Shown here piece by piece: positions 56,796 through 64,000 of a stretch of 64,000 nt of DNA (positions within the stretch are counted from its first letter, which is position 1; the number at the start of each line of letters is the position of its first letter). The position numbers and the translations under genes are program-made. This stretch comes from an uncultured delta proteobacterium. GTDB lineage: Bacteria; Myxococcota_A; UBA9160; SZUA-336. Below the pieces are notes generated by a model that saw only the letters and a program-made list of their open reading frames with translations, had not been told where the DNA came from and searched no databases. The DNA is taken from contig CAVPHD010000006.1 of the NCBI GenBank assembly GCA_963704165.1, positions 5,497 through 69,496 on the forward strand, read 5' to 3'.

Positions 56796-57629
56796 CGCGT
56801 CCACCGATTTCAGGCGCTGGGGCGCGAAGATCGAATCCTCGATCACCGGGTTGTCGACCACACGATCGATCTCGAGCACGGACTTCGTCTTCTCGGACAG
56901 GTCGTACATCGTGCTCTCGAGCGGAATCCAGACGCCGGAGTACGGCTTGATCTTCCCGCGCGGAATCTCGAGCTGCTTCACTTCGACGCCCGCTTCGTCC
57001 CAGTGTCGGGTGCGCAGCGGGACGTCGTAGTCCTTGTCGACGTAGAGCAGGCTCCGAGCGTAGGCCGGGTCCGTCTCGGGTCGGTGGTTCACGTCCACGA
57101 CCCAGACGGGGACGCCCTGGACCTCTTCGTCGGGAAGACGTTCGTAGGTCGCGTCGTCGATGTGACTGACCACGGCCAAGTCGTCGAGGCTGAAGTCACT
57201 GCCGAAGATCGACTCCTTCGCGGGCGCGATCCGCATCACACGCTCTCGCTTGCGCGAATAGTGGAACCCCTCGTCCTCGGTGCCCTTCCGCTCGATGAAC
57301 AGGTACGCGGTGTCGCGTTTGTCGTAGGGCTCGGTGAACTTCATGATCGTCTTCGAGATGACCGTGCCCTTGGGCGCGGACTCGGACGTGCGAAGATCCT
57401 TGAAACGCGACCAGAACTTCAGGTTCTGGACGCTCCCGCCGGGATCGGTCGAAGACATCCGATGCTCGAAGTACGCCGTCTCGAGCTTGTTGTCGAGAAC
57501 GCGTTGGTAGATCGCGCGCCCGTCGAGCCCGTCGGTCCCGGGCAAGGCATCGTCGGCGGCGCGCGACGTCGGAGCGACGAGCGGGAGAGACAGGAAGAGC
57601 AGGAGGATCCGGGCGTTCCGCACTCGCAT
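56772..57629 (-). CDS. outer-membrane lipoprotein-sorting (LolA-like, PF17131-type) protein
   Basis: 285 aa. Signal peptide MRVRNARILLLFLSLPLVAPTSRA. ...FHYSRKRERVMRIAPAKESIFGSDFSLDDL..., a family commonly paired with MMPL/RND genes. Confidence 0.8.
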   Translation of the reverse strand: MRVRNARILLLFLSLPLVAPTSRAADDALPGTDGLDGRAIYQRVLDNKLETAYFEHRMSSTDPGGSVQNLKFWSRFKDLRTSESAPKGTVISKTIMKFTEPYDKRDTAYLFIERKGTEDEGFHYSRKRERVMRIAPAKESIFGSDFSLDDLAVVSHIDDATYERLPDEEVQGVPVWVVDVNHRPETDPAYARSLLYVDKDYDVPLRTRHWDEAGVEVKQLEIPRGKIKPYSGVWIPLESTMYDLSEKTKSVLEIDRVVDNPVIEDSIFAPQRLKSVDALRASANE

Positions 57630-57672
57630 GGCCGGACATCGTGCGAAACCGACGCGGCCGCTTCAACTCCGG

Positions 57673-58572
57673 CTAGTCCCGCTTCGGCTTCGCTCCTCCC
57701 TTGCGGCCGGAGCGGGTCCGGCTCCCGTAGTCACCGAACGGATCGTCGCGATCGCGCACGGCGTCGCGGAAGCCCTTGCGCTGAGCGTTTGCGACGAAGT
57801 CGAGCCCCTCCTGGGTATGGCGAGCGATCCCGTCGAAGAGCGTGCCGAGCAGGCGGCTCGAGGCCAGGCCCATGTTCTCGGCGGTCTGGTTGCAGAGCAG
57901 CTTCAACATCACGAGCTGATTGGTCGGAACGCGCGCCATGCGCTTCGCGAGCGCGAGCGCGTGATCGTCGAGCTCGGCGTCGGGAACGGTTTCGAGAATC
58001 AGCCCGATCTCCGCGGCTTTGCTCGCGGAGATCTCGTCGCCGGTCAGCATGTAGCGCTTGGCCTGCTCGAGACCCATGCGGTAGACCCACATCGCGGTCG
58101 TCGGCGTGCCCCAGACGCGCGACGGCGGATAGCCGAAGCGCGCGCCCTCGCCGGCGACGATCAGGTCGGCGCAGAGAACCATGTCGGTGCCGCCGCCGAT
58201 GCACCAGCCCTGCACGGCCGCGATCGTCGGCTTCTTCGCGTACCAGAGCTTCATGTAGGTCTCGACGAAGCGGCCCATCATGCGCAGGTCGGAGACCGAG
58301 TCCCAGACACGCTTCCGTGTCGCCCCGCCCTCGGCGCCCTGGGCGGCCGTTCCCCAGTCGAGCGCATAGCCGGCACAGAACGCCGGGCCTTCGGCGCGGA
58401 GCAGGATGACGTGGGCCGCCGTCGCGGCGTCACCGGCATCGATGGCCGCCTCCAGCTCGTCGCGGAGCTCGGGCGTGATGGTGTTGTACTCGCTCGCCCG
58501 CGAGAGAGTGATCACGAAGACGCCCTCGTCGACGTGGGTGCGCAGACACTTCGGCTTGGTCCTGGTCGTCAC
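57673..58572 (-). CDS. enoyl-CoA hydratase-related (crotonase-fold) protein
   Basis: 299 aa, GTG start with GGGGAGGG RBS. VFVITLSRASEYNTI, RAEGPAFCAGYAL, AAVQGWCIGGGTD. Confidence 0.85.
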   Translation of the reverse strand: MTTRTKPKCLRTHVDEGVFVITLSRASEYNTITPELRDELEAAIDAGDAATAAHVILLRAEGPAFCAGYALDWGTAAQGAEGGATRKRVWDSVSDLRMMGRFVETYMKLWYAKKPTIAAVQGWCIGGGTDMVLCADLIVAGEGARFGYPPSRVWGTPTTAMWVYRMGLEQAKRYMLTGDEISASKAAEIGLILETVPDAELDDHALALAKRMARVPTNQLVMLKLLCNQTAENMGLASSRLLGTLFDGIARHTQEGLDFVANAQRKGFRDAVRDRDDPFGDYGSRTRSGRKGGAKPKRD

Positions 58573-58650
58573 GGAATCCCTCCCCTCGGAAGTCTGCGAA
58601 GCCGCCGCTCATGGTACCCTCGCAGACGTCGAATCGGAGGCACGCACGCG

Positions 58651-59511
58651 ATGATCGTCGGTCGGATCCTCGAGCTCTGGCGCTACCCCGTGAAGTCGAT
58701 GATGGGCGAGCGGATCGAATCCACCTCGCTTGGCGCGAACGGGATTCCCGGCGATCGCGCCTGGGCAGTGCGCGACGAGGTGCGCGGCGGAATTCGCGGC
58801 GCCAAGAAGCTCGCGGGGCTCATGGGCTTTCGCGCGCGCTACCTCGAAGAGCCGGTGTTCGAGCGCGTGCCGGCGCCCGAGATCACGCTGCCCGGCGGCG
58901 CCCGCTTGCGCGCATCCGAGAGCGACGCCTCGAAGCGCGTCAGCGAGGCCCTCGGAAGCGAGGTCACGCTCTGGCCGCTGCTCTCGCCCGAGCAGCTCGA
59001 TCACTACCGGCGCGGCGCGCCGACGCACGAGGACATGGAGCAGGAGCTGCGCGCGATCTTCGGCCGCACGAAGGACGAGCCGCTCCCCGATTTCTCGATC
59101 TTCCCGCCCTCGATCTTCGAATTCGAATCGCCTCCCGGTACCTACTTCGACGCGTTCCCCCTCCTGCTGATGACGAGCGCGACGCTCCGCCACCTGCAGA
59201 AGCTCGCGCCGACGTCGCGCGTGGACGTTCGCCGCTTCCGGCCCAATCTCGTCGTCTCGACGCCGGACGACGTCGAGGGCTTCGCCGAGCTCGACTGGAT
59301 CGGCAAGCGGCTGCGAATCGGCGAGGTCGAGATCTCCCTGCCTTCGGCGTGCCCGCGCTGCGTGATGATCTCGCACGCCTTCGACGATCTGCCGAAGGAC
59401 CCCGGCCTGATCCGCACCGTCGTGCGCGAGGCCAACCAGAACGTCGGCTCGTACGCGGTCGTCGAGCGCGCGGGTCGGATCGCCGTCGGCGACGCCGTGG
59501 AGCTGCTTTGA
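58651..59511 (+). CDS. MOSC domain-containing protein
   Basis: 286 aa from ATG 58651 (GGAGG upstream). LWRYPVKSMMGE, RRFRPNLVV, conserved Cys in LPSACPRCVMI. Confidence 0.85.
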   Translation: MIVGRILELWRYPVKSMMGERIESTSLGANGIPGDRAWAVRDEVRGGIRGAKKLAGLMGFRARYLEEPVFERVPAPEITLPGGARLRASESDASKRVSEALGSEVTLWPLLSPEQLDHYRRGAPTHEDMEQELRAIFGRTKDEPLPDFSIFPPSIFEFESPPGTYFDAFPLLLMTSATLRHLQKLAPTSRVDVRRFRPNLVVSTPDDVEGFAELDWIGKRLRIGEVEISLPSACPRCVMISHAFDDLPKDPGLIRTVVREANQNVGSYAVVERAGRIAVGDAVELL

Positions 59512-60377
59512 TGAAGATCGGCCTGATCCCGTTCAACATGGCCGTCGCCGACGCCCGGCAGATGGTCGCGGCCGCGCAGAAGGCCGAGGCGATCGGCATC
59601 GAATCGCTCTGGACGTTCGAGCACGTGATGATCCCGATCGACTACGAGTCGAAGTACCCGTACAACGCGACCGGAAAGATGGGCGCGCCGCCCGAGACCA
59701 ACCTGGTCGATCCGCTGATCGCGCTCGCCGCGATCGCGTCCGCCACCTCGAAGCTGCGGCTCGCGACCGGGGTGAACATCCTCCCGCAGACGAATCCGCT
59801 GTATCTGGCGAAGCAGGCCGCGAGCCTGGACTTCGTCTCGAACGGACGCTTCATGCTCGGTGTCGGCATCGGCTGGCTGCGCGAGGAGTTCGACGCGCTC
59901 GGCGTGCCGTTCGAACGCCGCGGCGCGCGCTTCGACGACTACGTCGAGGCGATGCGGAAGGTCTGGTCGGGCGACGTCGTCGAGCACCGGAGCGAGTTCC
60001 TGAACTGGTCCGGTTTCAAGAGCTACCCGATCCCGATCCAACGCCCGGGCGTGCCGATCATCGTCGGCGGCTCGAAGGGAAAGGTCTTCGAGCGGATCGC
60101 GAAGTACGGCGACGGCTGGTACGCGCCGACCCAGAACGCGGAGCAGCTCTCGCAGATGCTCGTGCCGCTCCGCAAGGCCTGCGACGCGATCGGTCGCAGC
60201 GCGTCGAGCGTCGAGATCTCGGCGATGTGGATCCCCGCCGCGGAGGGGATCGACGCCGTGAAGCGCTACGAGGATCTCGGCGTGAGCCGGCTCGTCGTTC
60301 CGGTCTTCGCGATCGGGGGCGTGGGCGCCGACGCGCTCGACCGTTTCGGCTCCGAGGTCCTCGCGAAGCTCGCCTGA
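59511..60377 (+). CDS. LLM-class oxidoreductase (F420-dependent subgroup suspected)
   Basis: 288 aa. The ATG overlaps the MOSC stop (TGATG). MKIGLIPF...AEAIGIESLWTFEHVMIP, GVGIGWLREEFDALGVPFERRGARFDDYVEAMR. Confidence 0.85.
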   Translation: MKIGLIPFNMAVADARQMVAAAQKAEAIGIESLWTFEHVMIPIDYESKYPYNATGKMGAPPETNLVDPLIALAAIASATSKLRLATGVNILPQTNPLYLAKQAASLDFVSNGRFMLGVGIGWLREEFDALGVPFERRGARFDDYVEAMRKVWSGDVVEHRSEFLNWSGFKSYPIPIQRPGVPIIVGGSKGKVFERIAKYGDGWYAPTQNAEQLSQMLVPLRKACDAIGRSASSVEISAMWIPAAEGIDAVKRYEDLGVSRLVVPVFAIGGVGADALDRFGSEVLAKLA

Positions 60378-61352
60378 TCAGGAGAGGCCGAGCGCGAGCC
60401 AGACGCGCTCGATCAGCCAGAATCCCGCGAGCGACCCGAAGGCATAGGCGAGGGGTCGCTCGAACGCGCGCAGCGAGCGGACGAAGAGCAGGAGCACGGC
60501 GACGAAGGCGAGCTGACCGAGCTCGATTCCGACGTTGAAGCTCGCGAGCGCGAGCGGCACGTCGCTCGCGGGCAAGCCCGCCTCGCGGAGCGCGGCGGCG
60601 AAGCCGAAGCCGTGGAGCAGGCCGAACGCGGCCGCGACCGGCGCGGGCCGCAGACGGCGCGGACGACCGGACGCGAGCTCGACCGCGAGCCAGAAGACAC
60701 TCGCGGCGATCGCGACCTCGATCGGGCCGGCCGGCAGCTGCACGAAGCCGAGCGCAGACGCGCAGAGCGTCAACGCGTGACCCGCGGTGAACGACGTCAC
60801 CGTCGCGATCAGCGTGCGACGGCTTCTCACCAGGAGCACCAGCCCGGCGACGAAGAGCAGGTGATCCAGACCGCCGAGGATGTGCCAGAGACCGAGCTCG
60901 AGGTACGAGCGGATCGTGTCGATCGGCTCGGCGCGCGCGGGGACCACGAAGAGCGGACGGTCGGCGTCGATCACCGCCCGCGCGACCGTCCCGTCCTCGA
61001 GCTCGACGCGCACCAGCGCGTTGGTCGCGCTCGCGCGCAGCCCCTCGATGCCGAGCGTCCGGCCGGCGAGCGGCTCCGGACCGCAGTCGAGCGCCGAGAC
61101 ACGCGTCTGCGCGAGCGCATCGCGTTCGAATCGCGCCGGCGAGCTCTCGCGGCAGCCCGCGGGTAGAACGGGAACGAGCGGCGCGCCCTGCGCGCGCACG
61201 ATCGGGGTGCGAAAGATCAGGCTCGCACGGCCGTTCGCGTGCTCGCGAAGTTCGAGCAGCGAAGGTGCGAAGGGATGCGCGCGCGCATTCGCAGCGCCGA
61301 GCACGCCGAGCGCGGCCAGCAGGAACGACGCCACGAGCGTCGCGGACTTCAC
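60378..61352 (-). CDS. HupE/UreJ family membrane protein with N-terminal periplasmic extension
   Basis: 324 aa from GTG 61352, which overlaps the upstream stop (GTGA). Signal peptide, then GLWHILGGLDHLLFVAGLVLL and FGLLHGFGFAAAL, NVGIELGQL. Confidence 0.8.
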   Translation of the reverse strand: MKSATLVASFLLAALGVLGAANARAHPFAPSLLELREHANGRASLIFRTPIVRAQGAPLVPVLPAGCRESSPARFERDALAQTRVSALDCGPEPLAGRTLGIEGLRASATNALVRVELEDGTVARAVIDADRPLFVVPARAEPIDTIRSYLELGLWHILGGLDHLLFVAGLVLLVRSRRTLIATVTSFTAGHALTLCASALGFVQLPAGPIEVAIAASVFWLAVELASGRPRRLRPAPVAAAFGLLHGFGFAAALREAGLPASDVPLALASFNVGIELGQLAFVAVLLLFVRSLRAFERPLAYAFGSLAGFWLIERVWLALGLS

Positions 61353-62323
61353 GAGCGCTCCCCTTCGACGCGGATCTCGTAGCGATGGCGCAGCCGTTCG
61401 AGCGCAGCGCGCAGAGCCGCGTCTTCGCGCTCGCGCGAGAGCGCCGCCGAGATCTCGATGCGTCGCGCGGCGAATACGGGCTCTGCCGCTTCGGTTCGCT
61501 CGTGCACCCAGACGAGATGGATCCCGTAGCTCGACGGAATCGGCGCGGAGACGCGTCCCGGTTCGAGAGCGAAGACCTCGCGCGCGAACCCCGCGCCGAA
61601 GACGCGCTCGAGATCCGTCCGAGAGCGATTCGGAGCGTGTGACCGAGCAGGAAGGCATCGCCGCGCCCGATCGCCCCCTCGATCTCGAGCGCCCCGTCGG
61701 AGATCTGCTCGGCGAGTCTTCGCGCGTCCGCGGCGAGCCGCATCCCCACGTCGCTCTCGAGAGAGGAAGACGTGCGAGAGTCGGACGCGCACGGGGCCGA
61801 CGACGCGCGCGCGATCCCGAGCGAATCGCGCTGCGATCTCGGACTCGCTCGGCATCGAGCCCTCGCCGATCGAAAGCTCCGCGCGCATTCGCTCGATCAG
61901 CCGCCGTCGCACGACCAGATCGCCCCGCCCGATCCCGAGCGCGAGCGCTTGCGCCACGCGCGACGCGTCGCCCGCGGCATTCGCGCGCTCGTCCTCGCCG
62001 GAGATGAAGCCGATGTTCCGCGCCAGTCGCGTCCGGACGACGGGGTCGCCGACGTCGAATCCCCGAACGCGCGCTTCGCGAAGCAGGATCTCGTCGTCGA
62101 TCTCGGCCCCGATCAGCGCGTCGAGCGTTTCCTCGTCGGGCCACGCTCCGGTTCGCGCGGCCCAGTCCGCACGCAGCTCGTCGATTCGCACGGCGCGGAT
62201 CTCGATCCGATCCCGAGGCCGCTCGTCGGGGAACGCCTCCGCGACGATCCAGCGATCCGCCGCGAACAGCACCGCGCCGAGCGCGAGAAAGTGAAGCGCG
62301 GGAGACGCGAGGACGCGCCGCAT
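61349..62323 (-). pseudogene. PpiC/parvulin-type peptidyl-prolyl isomerase-like protein; two compensating frame disruptions near 61745 and 61635
   Basis: Track ORF 61349..62323 is open throughout. However, residues between RLSHVFLSRER and NRSRTDLERVFG read as Arg-rich junk, whereas the alternative frame gives ADARRLAEQISDGALEIEGAIGRGDAFLLGHTL, which fits the parvulin domain. C-terminus ...SAPIPSSYGIHLVWVHER. Confidence 0.65.
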
Positions 62324-62329
62324 CGCGGG

Positions 62330-63655
62330 TCAGCGCCCCGCAGTCTTGAGCTTGGTGGTGTCGTAGTACTTCTTGCTCGCGGCGACGTCGAACTCCATCG
62401 CGTTCATGCCGTCGAACTGGCCGAGGTTCGACGCGCCGCTCTGCACGTTCACGATCATGACGGAGGTGCCGAGCAGCACGAAACGGCCCTGGTTCTCGGC
62501 GAGCCCCGTCGCCTCGCTCCACTTTCCGACGCCGCCGATCAGCTTGTACGGCTTGCCTGCGCGGTCGTACACGACGGCGAGGCCGGGCGCCATCGTCTCC
62601 TTGTCGTACCAGATCTTCTTGCGGCTGTAGGGGTGCCCCTTCTGGCGCGGGATGTCGTCGAGCTCGAAGCTCCGCCGCTTCTGCCAGCTCTCGCCGATCA
62701 TCGGAAGCGCGCCGTAGGGATCGAAACGACACGCGCTCCACTCCTCGTTCGTCCCGAGCCGGACCATGCTCGTCGGGGAAATCGCATCGGTGACCCTCGG
62801 AAAGCAGGTGCGCGAGCTGTTCGACGCTGCGAGCTGGACGCTCTCGCCCCCGAACTCCCAGACGTGATCCCAGACGTAGCCGGAGAACAGGTAGAAGTCC
62901 TCGAGCGTGAACTCGGTGCCGAGCAGGGAGTCGCTCTTCTGCGTCGCGGCAATTCTGCGCACGCGCCGCAGCGCCGGGATGTACGCCCAGGTGTCGTCTT
63001 CCTGTCCGTTCCGGTAGCGGTAGAGCAGGAACATGGTTCCGCGCAGATCGAAGGGCGACTTGACGTCGAAGTACTCCGCCCATTCCGTGTTCGTTCCCGG
63101 CTCGAGCTCCGTCGTCTCGGGGAGGAGATCCGCGCGGCCGCTGAAATAGGTGCGCCGGTATTCGCCCTGCGAGATCCGCCAGGTCTCGCGACCCGCGTTG
63201 CGCATGTTCGCGAATCCCCAGTGCGGAATGTTGAAGCCCGAGCCGCCCTGCCAGCGCTGATTCACGTTCCAGGCGAGCTTCAGCGCGAACTGCGGGTCGT
63301 CCGGCGTCAGGTCGCAGCGGTGTCCGGTCGCCTGCTTCGCCCATTCCGAGTACGGGAAGGGCTGTCCGGCGGTGTAGTTCGCGAGCCGTCGGTCGGCGTC
63401 GATCGATGCCTGACACGCGAACCGGACGGTCGCCTCGACGTACTTCGGGTGGGGCGGGTAGGACTCCGTCGCCGCGATTCGCATCTCGAGCTCCGCGAAC
63501 GGCTCGATCGCGTAGCTGTAGAACTCCGCGGGCACGAGCTCCCGCACCTGCTCCCGGTTCGCGGTCGTGATCACGTCACCGGGCGCGACGTCGGCGGAGG
63601 CCGTTCGCGAAGCGAACGTGCACACGAGCAGAAGCGACACCGTCGTGCGTCTCAA
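62330..63655 (-). CDS. DUF1329-like (LolA-like superfamily) periplasmic protein
   Basis: About 441 aa. TTG 63655 overlaps the upstream stop (TTGA) and gives signal peptide MRRTTVSLLLVCTFASRTASA. DDTWAYIPALRRVRRIAATQKSDSLLGTEFTLEDFYLFSG core. Confidence 0.72.
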   Translation of the reverse strand: MRRTTVSLLLVCTFASRTASADVAPGDVITTANREQVRELVPAEFYSYAIEPFAELEMRIAATESYPPHPKYVEATVRFACQASIDADRRLANYTAGQPFPYSEWAKQATGHRCDLTPDDPQFALKLAWNVNQRWQGGSGFNIPHWGFANMRNAGRETWRISQGEYRRTYFSGRADLLPETTELEPGTNTEWAEYFDVKSPFDLRGTMFLLYRYRNGQEDDTWAYIPALRRVRRIAATQKSDSLLGTEFTLEDFYLFSGYVWDHVWEFGGESVQLAASNSSRTCFPRVTDAISPTSMVRLGTNEEWSACRFDPYGALPMIGESWQKRRSFELDDIPRQKGHPYSRKKIWYDKETMAPGLAVVYDRAGKPYKLIGGVGKWSEATGLAENQGRFVLLGTSVMIVNVQSGASNLGQFDGMNAMEFDVAASKKYYDTTKLKTAGR

Positions 63656-64000
63656 GGCACCGCCGCCGCGGCTTTGGCCGGTGAAAACCAGATCGGCGAG
63701 GTCCAGGAGCGCTCCTGCACCGTCTTCGGGACGTTCGCGTCGCAGCACGGCTCGAATCCCTCCCTCAACGAGGACGGGTCGTCGCAGCGCACGCGCCCGG
63801 CGTTGCAGACGCGCGTCGTCCAGCGGCAGGTCGGGTTCTCGATCACGCGCGCGTACCAGACGGCGCGCTCTGCGGGATCGAAGTCGGGATCGGTCCAGAC
63901 GGCGCAGAGCGCATCGGCGCCGGGACCGCGGGGCTCGCAGGTCTCGAGATCGACGCTCGCCGGGCTTTCCGGTTCGCCCGCGACGTCGTAGACCCGTTCG
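63652..64000 (-). CDS. DUF3604-like protein, C-terminal fragment (gene starts beyond window end)
   Basis: Open frame from the window edge: RVYDVAGEPESPASVDLETCEPRGPGADALCAVWTDPDFDPAERAVWYARVIENPTCRWTTRVC...VQERSWTSPIWFSP-stop. The YARVxENPTCRW...QERxWTSPIW ending matches my recollection of DUF3604 C-termini. Confidence 0.6.
   Translation of the reverse strand, partial: ERVYDVAGEPESPASVDLETCEPRGPGADALCAVWTDPDFDPAERAVWYARVIENPTCRWTTRVCNAGRVRCDDPSSLREGFEPCCDANVPKTVQERSWTSPIWFSPAKAAAAVP

Noticed and set aside
54435-56950. ORFs 54435..56543 (-, 702 aa) and 54515..56950 (+, 811 aa).
   Set aside because: Alternative frames of the MMPL transporter gene. The 54417..56795 frame gives a coherent 12-TM protein, and these do not.
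61772-63991. ORF 61772..63991 (+, 739 aa), and the N-terminal 688 aa of ORF 60378..63416 (-).
   Set aside because: Antisense or off-frame to the parvulin-like, DUF1329-like and DUF3604-like genes. Arg/Glu-rich with no recognisable domains.
1-64000. Scan for CRISPR arrays, tRNA/rRNA genes, IS elements, integrases, phage or defence-system genes.
   Set aside because: No regularly spaced direct repeats, no cloverleaf-like sequences in the few intergenic regions over 100 nt (10392-10560, 13931-14152, 17479-17755, 28396-28528, 29255-29419), and no transposase, integrase, nuclease or ATPase defence signatures in any frame. This was done by eye only, so small ncRNAs could have been missed.

Overview
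High-GC (roughly 68-70% by eye) bacterial chromosomal segment. It is gene-dense: about 60 protein genes on both strands, many with 1-4 nt start/stop overlaps. I recognised no rRNA, tRNA, CRISPR array, transposase, integrase or phage genes. Content is housekeeping plus lipid and xenobiotic metabolism: peroxiredoxin, a Chloroflexus-type malyl-CoA lyase, ilvBN, class I fumarase, an ABC-F ATPase, thiolase, two crotonases, a WS/DGAT wax-ester synthase, an MMPL/RND exporter with a LolA-like partner, a haloalkane dehalogenase, many SDRs, LLM and deazaflavin-type oxidoreductases, CrcB, MATE, two hybrid histidine kinases and tandem LuxR-type regulators. Envelope signals (PEP-CTERM, an IPTL-CTERM-like tail, a DUF1329-like protein, TIGR02265/DUF2378-like paralogs) suggest a Gram-negative, possibly Myxococcota-like lineage; this is inference only. 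Main observations: (1) About 40 single-base frame disruptions fall in 13 otherwise well-conserved genes, 12 of them contiguous between 23.4 and 39.9 kb and including asnS. They are mostly insertion-type, so consensus error is the likeliest cause, but this must be verified. (2) An operon encodes a complete di-iron oxygenase-like protein, a paralog with all six metal ligands replaced, an SCP2-like protein and a WS/DGAT. (3) A small Rieske protein has its oxygenase catalytic motif N-terminal to the Rieske cluster, i.e. permuted order. (4) An orphan styrene-oxide-isomerase-like membrane protein lies between two split-barrel proteins. (5) Tandem LuxR-type regulators sit beside a PhcB-like methyltransferase, with a relic duplication junction upstream. 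(6) A hybrid kinase is operonic with two DUF2378/V4R-like small proteins. All family calls come from reading the translations and from memory of family motifs; no searches were run.
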